A DNA stretch of 64,000 nt from Lama glama (lineage: Eukaryota): NCBI GenBank assembly GCA_028534125.1, contig CM052818.1:23314001-23378000 (forward strand), in the 5' to 3' direction. The translations under genes and the position numbers were made by a program. The notes under the pieces were generated by a model. That model saw only the letters and a program-made list of their open reading frames with translations, searched no databases and was not told the DNA's origin. Positions 60,342 to 64,000 of the stretch are shown one piece after another (position 1 is the first letter of the stretch; each line of letters starts with the position of its first letter).

Positions 60342-60402
60342 GTATATATATATAGGTGTGTGTGTGTGTGTGTGTATGTCTATATCTATATCTATATCTA
60401 TA
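60342..60402. repeat. Compound (TA)n(TG)n(TATCTA)n microsatellite
   Basis: Directly visible in the sequence. Confidence 0.9.
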
Positions 60403-61199
60403 AAACATCACCTCCTTGGCTTTCTCATATTAGGTTGTTGTAGGTAGAGTGTGGTAAGGGTAGAATGAAGACCACTTAGTTTTTATTTCACTGCAGACTT
60501 GGTGAGGGGCCTTGGAGAAGTCACTAGCTGTGCCCATCACTGACAGTAAAAATCACTACCTCTTGCCTGATCTTCAGGGAATCTGGGAGGGTATATGAGA
60601 GAAAGAAAGAAATGCAGGGGGAGAAGAAGGGCCCTGGATTGTGATTCTAAAGGGTATGGTGTCACCTGCCCTCTTTTGTGCAATTGTGGACAAATCCTCT
60701 CATCTCTTTGTGCCTCCATTTTTCCCATTGATAATAATAGGGGATAATAATATTTTCCTTCTTAACCTAAGAGGGAGTATGAGGAGACCCAGTACAACTG
60801 GAGCAGTCAGGAAAAAAGAGAAAATGTGAAGTGGGTGAGAAGACGTAGGGCAGGAGGTCAGTACTGGGAAGGAACGAAATGGAGTGGGTGGGTGTGTGGG
60901 GGTGATGTCAGCAGATGCAAACAGAGTAGGAGCCACAGGGATCTCAGGGAAGTAGAATGGGTCCTGGTGGATAGTGGTGTTGCATATGGATTGGAAAGAG
61001 GTGAGGAGGAGGGAGGATCTGTAATGTTGTGGGAAGAAGAAGACAAGAGGAAAATTATTCAACCTGTTTTCCTTTAAGTTAAGGTCGGTTTAAGAAGGAG
61101 AGAACAAAGACCATCAGTATATAGGAGGTAAGATGGAGAAGTCAAGGAATAGTGAGCAATTTGAACCATCACCAGGAAAAATTCAAAGCAGAGGTTTTC

Positions 61200-61420
61200 A
61201 ATGGATTAATCCATTTTGGGTTCTCAGGCTATAGAAATAGTGGGTGGAATCCCTGTGAAGTCAGGGGAGAGGAAAAACATGCCTAAGGAAGGTGCTGTGT
61301 CCCTGGAAGCCTCCACAGATACTTTTAATTATTGCCCTATGGCCACACACAGCTGTAAGGGAGACTGGAAATATAGCTGTGTGCCCAGCTAAAATTTTTA
61401 TTACCGTGGATACTGTGGGG
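61200..61420 (-). mobile_element. MaLR LTR fragment (MLT1I/J-like)
   Basis: tatggccacacacagctgtaagggagactggaaatatagctgtgtgcccagctaaaattt. Confidence 0.55.
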
Positions 61421-61460
61421 ACATCATGAAGTCTCTGACCCAAGGATTAAATAAGACAAT

Positions 61461-61644
61461 GTTTCGGGTGCACAGTACAATGTCCCAGTCATGCATATAT
61501 ATATATATACACATATTCACTTTCATGTTATTTTTCATTAAAGGTTATTACAAGGTATTGAATATAGTTGTGCTGTACACCAGAAATGGACACATTGTAA
61601 CTGACTATACTTCAATAAAGGAATAAATAATAAAAAAAATTTAA
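61461..61644 (+). mobile_element. Small young L1 3' end with 5' inversion (twin priming), inserted in a MIR
   Basis: TSD aaataagacaat at 61449-61460 and 61645-61656; 61461-~61569 is antisense 3' UTR, ~61570-61644 is the sense 3' end with aataaa and an A-tail. Confidence 0.85.
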
Positions 61645-62869
61645 AAATAAGACAATATTCGTAAAGCAACTAGCACAGTGGCCTGGGCAGACTAGACACC
61701 TCAGTGTGAGTAAACTATAGTTTCTACCCCTTAGTTACATTGGGAGCAGAAGGAATACATACCAAAGGGAGAGTGGGTGGGGTTGGGGAGAAGTGAATCC
61801 TGTGCTGTTTTTGAAGCTTCTTCTGCACCTCTTGTGATGGAGGTACAGGGAGGATGTACATTTGGCCAGAGACTGGAGGTTTATAGTTGCTCTTTTCATT
61901 TTCTGTTTTGAAAACTAGTGTTTCAAAGACAGATAATCCAAATGGAAATGTGCTAAACCTGGAACAGGGGGAAGAGGGTATAGATAAGGCTGAAATGTGT
62001 TTAAATGTTTGGAGAACTTTTAAATGTATTTACATAGCTACCTGAGAACGCTATTCTGATTAAAATTCTAAGAGAGAATTAGACCCTGTGTGTGAAAGGC
62101 TTTAAACTCTTAGAAGAAATGGAGCTATGCAAATCTAAAGTGTTGGCATTATTAATAACAACAATAGTTTTAATATATGTCAAGCAGGGGCTTCTTGCAC
62201 ACCAGGCAGAGTGGTGGGGGGAGACTTGAGCTCCCAGCGGGGTGGCCTGCCCTTTCCCAGGGACTAATGCACCTGCTTTATCTGGGGGAAAGTGGAGGAT
62301 TAGCGGCCATTTAGTTAATCTCCCTGTTTAATCACCAGGCCAGAAACACTGCCCTTTTCTGTTTCTTTTTTCTCCTTTGCTTCTCTTTTTCTCTACCAGG
62401 CGGAAGAGTGCTTGCCCCTTTAAGCCTCAATTTCCTTTTTTCTCCTTTCAAATCCTAAGAGGAATTTTGGCTCTTGCTTCAGGCGTAACTTGGATCAGCA
62501 AAGCCAATATTTTCTCAGGGCTCCTGTTTTTCTTCTGCAAAAGTGGAACAATAGAGCCTGTCCCTGGTGTATGCTCAGAACGAGGACTCTGATCGTGCTA
62601 GAGGTGCAGGGAAGAGCACTGGATTTGAAGGTAGAATAAGTGTTTCCTACTTATGAAGGCGGTTATTCTGGGTAAGCTGCGACGTGGAAGTGCTGTGGCA
62701 TCCAGAAACCTCTGTACGCATGCTACTGTTTCACAGGGCAGGGTGGGCTTCCAGGTGGCCTGGCAGCTGGAGGTACAGGAACGCACTGTAATTGACCCTA
62801 CTTACAAATGCCAGAACTCGTTTCCCTCTGAAAGCGGTTTGCCCTTCCTTAGGAGCAAGGGTGTTTTCA

Positions 62870-63070
62870 TGGCGTCATCCATTTATTTAACACTTCCAAC
62901 AGATATTTTTGGGTGTGCCTGCGAAGTAGAAGGTGCTCTCCTGGGCACTGGCTACTACAATCCCTGGTCTTGCGGAGCTTAGTCACGTGGGCGAGACCAA
63001 CAGTAAGCAAGTAAACAAAACATTAAATGTGTAATTCCAGATTGTGATGAAGGGCACTGACAGGGCTGTG
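62870..63070 (-). mobile_element. LINE-2 3' end
   Basis: tcatccatttatttaac...ttccaacagatatttttgggtgtgcctgc...ctgggcactgg...ccctggtcttgcggagcttag...aagcaagtaaacaaa. Confidence 0.65.
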
Positions 63071-63115
63071 GCCAGAGAGAGAATTCTGGGGTGTGGGCTG
63101 GAGGGAGGTGGCCCT

Positions 63116-63154
63116 GGGTTCAATCCCCCGTACCGCCTCTACAAATAAATAAAT
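63116..63154 (+). mobile_element. 5'-truncated tRNA-derived SINE fragment
   Basis: gggttcaatcccccgtaccgcctctacaaataaataaat matches the 3' half of the SINE at 6498; flanked by gtggccct at 63108-63115 and 63155-63162. Confidence 0.65.
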
Positions 63155-63634
63155 GTGGCCCTCGGAGCTGGAAGGACTCCTGGAACGTTTCTGGTCTTTC
63201 CCCTCATCCTTGGCTGGACCTCCCGAGGACAGAGACTCTGAATGCACCAGGAAGCGCCCTGCCTAAGCCTTTACCCTGTAGCAACTGGGCCAGCTTCTGG
63301 GATTAGCTTTTTATCAGGAAGCTAATGGAGCCCGCTTCCTTCTCATGCTCGCCTCCCTGGATCAACCTGGCACTGCCTCAGGCGGCCCCCTGAGCACCAG
63401 CCTTCTGGAACCAGCCGGAAGCTTGCGGGCATTTATTTCCTTTCTCGGCCTTAAAAAACTCTGCCCTCTGAGATAGACCGAGTAATTACAGTCACGTCTG
63501 GGTGGAAAGGAAAGGTAAAATGTAAGTGGCAAGGGTTTCCACGCTCTTGCTCCCCCGGGGGTCTAATGGTCCAGCTTTGGCTGGCCAAATGGACAAGCAC
63601 TTGAGAGCCTGTGTGGGGTAGTGAGTCTTGCCCT

Positions 63635-63785
63635 GGGCTGGGAGTCACAAAATTTGGACTCTGCTCCTAACCAGATGGTGACTTGAGGCCAATCACTTCA
63701 TCTCTCTGGTTTTGGTCTCAGATCCCTTACTTATAAGATGAGGAGGATGGGCTAGAGGAGGTACCTAGAACTTTCTACATCAGAT
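63635..63785 (+). mobile_element. MIR/MIR3 SINE
   Basis: gggctgggagtcacaaaatttgg...ggtgacttgaggccaatcacttcatctctctgg...ataagatgaggaggatgggctagag. Confidence 0.65.
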
Positions 63786-64000
63786 AGATTTTATACAACA
63801 TTTTCAAATACGGTCATTGAAAAAATACTTTCCAGTCTCTGTCCTTTTTTTCTTTCTTTCATTTCTTTAAATAAAGGGTGGCCAGGACAGGGAACCAGAG
63901 GTTAATTCTCTGCTGGTGAGATAACGTGTGATTCCTCATAGTTGCTATAGATTGCTGACTTAAATTCTTTGAGACTAATGCATAGTTCTGCAGAACTGAG

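Noticed and set aside
1..64000. Prokaryote-type systems (CRISPR arrays, operons, defence islands) or an intact endogenous virus
   Set aside because: The sequence is mammalian and repeat-rich. There are no regularly spaced direct repeats, no gene-dense ORFs and no gag/pol/env remnants; only solo LTRs.

Overview
This is eutherian mammalian genomic DNA, most likely camelid (alpaca/camel). The inference rests on a tRNA-derived SINE at 6498 resembling the camelid Vic-1 type and on a young L1 family, with no Alu, B1/B2, Bov-tA/BovB, PRE-1 or Can-SINE recognised. I cannot support any intact protein-coding gene. The only ORF-track entries with recognisable homology are transposon-derived: L1 ORF1/ORF2 and fragments of a hAT transposase. 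The window is mostly interspersed repeats (MIR, L2, old and young L1, MaLR/ERVL LTRs, hAT MERs). Main structure: (1) a decayed, near full-length (~3.7 kb) autonomous hAT-Tip100/Zaphod-like DNA transposon at ~11.5-15.3 kb, with its Zn-finger, DDE and dimerisation motifs still readable; (2) a CpG-island promoter at ~31.9-32.5 kb (E-box, tandem CCAAT, GC box, splice donors on both strands) with no identifiable coding exons, so possibly a lncRNA or a long-first-intron gene; (3) a nested L1 stack at 46.7-55.7 kb containing a full-length young L1 with a perfect 14-bp TSD and a 500-N assembly gap; (4) a small twin-primed (5'-inverted) L1 at 61.5 kb; (5) AT-rich repeat-free blocks with HOX/PBX-type motifs, and CTCF consensus sites. 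I found no evidence for a genuinely new biological system. Repeat subfamily names are from recognition of consensus sequences, not a database search, and boundaries are approximate unless a TSD is given.
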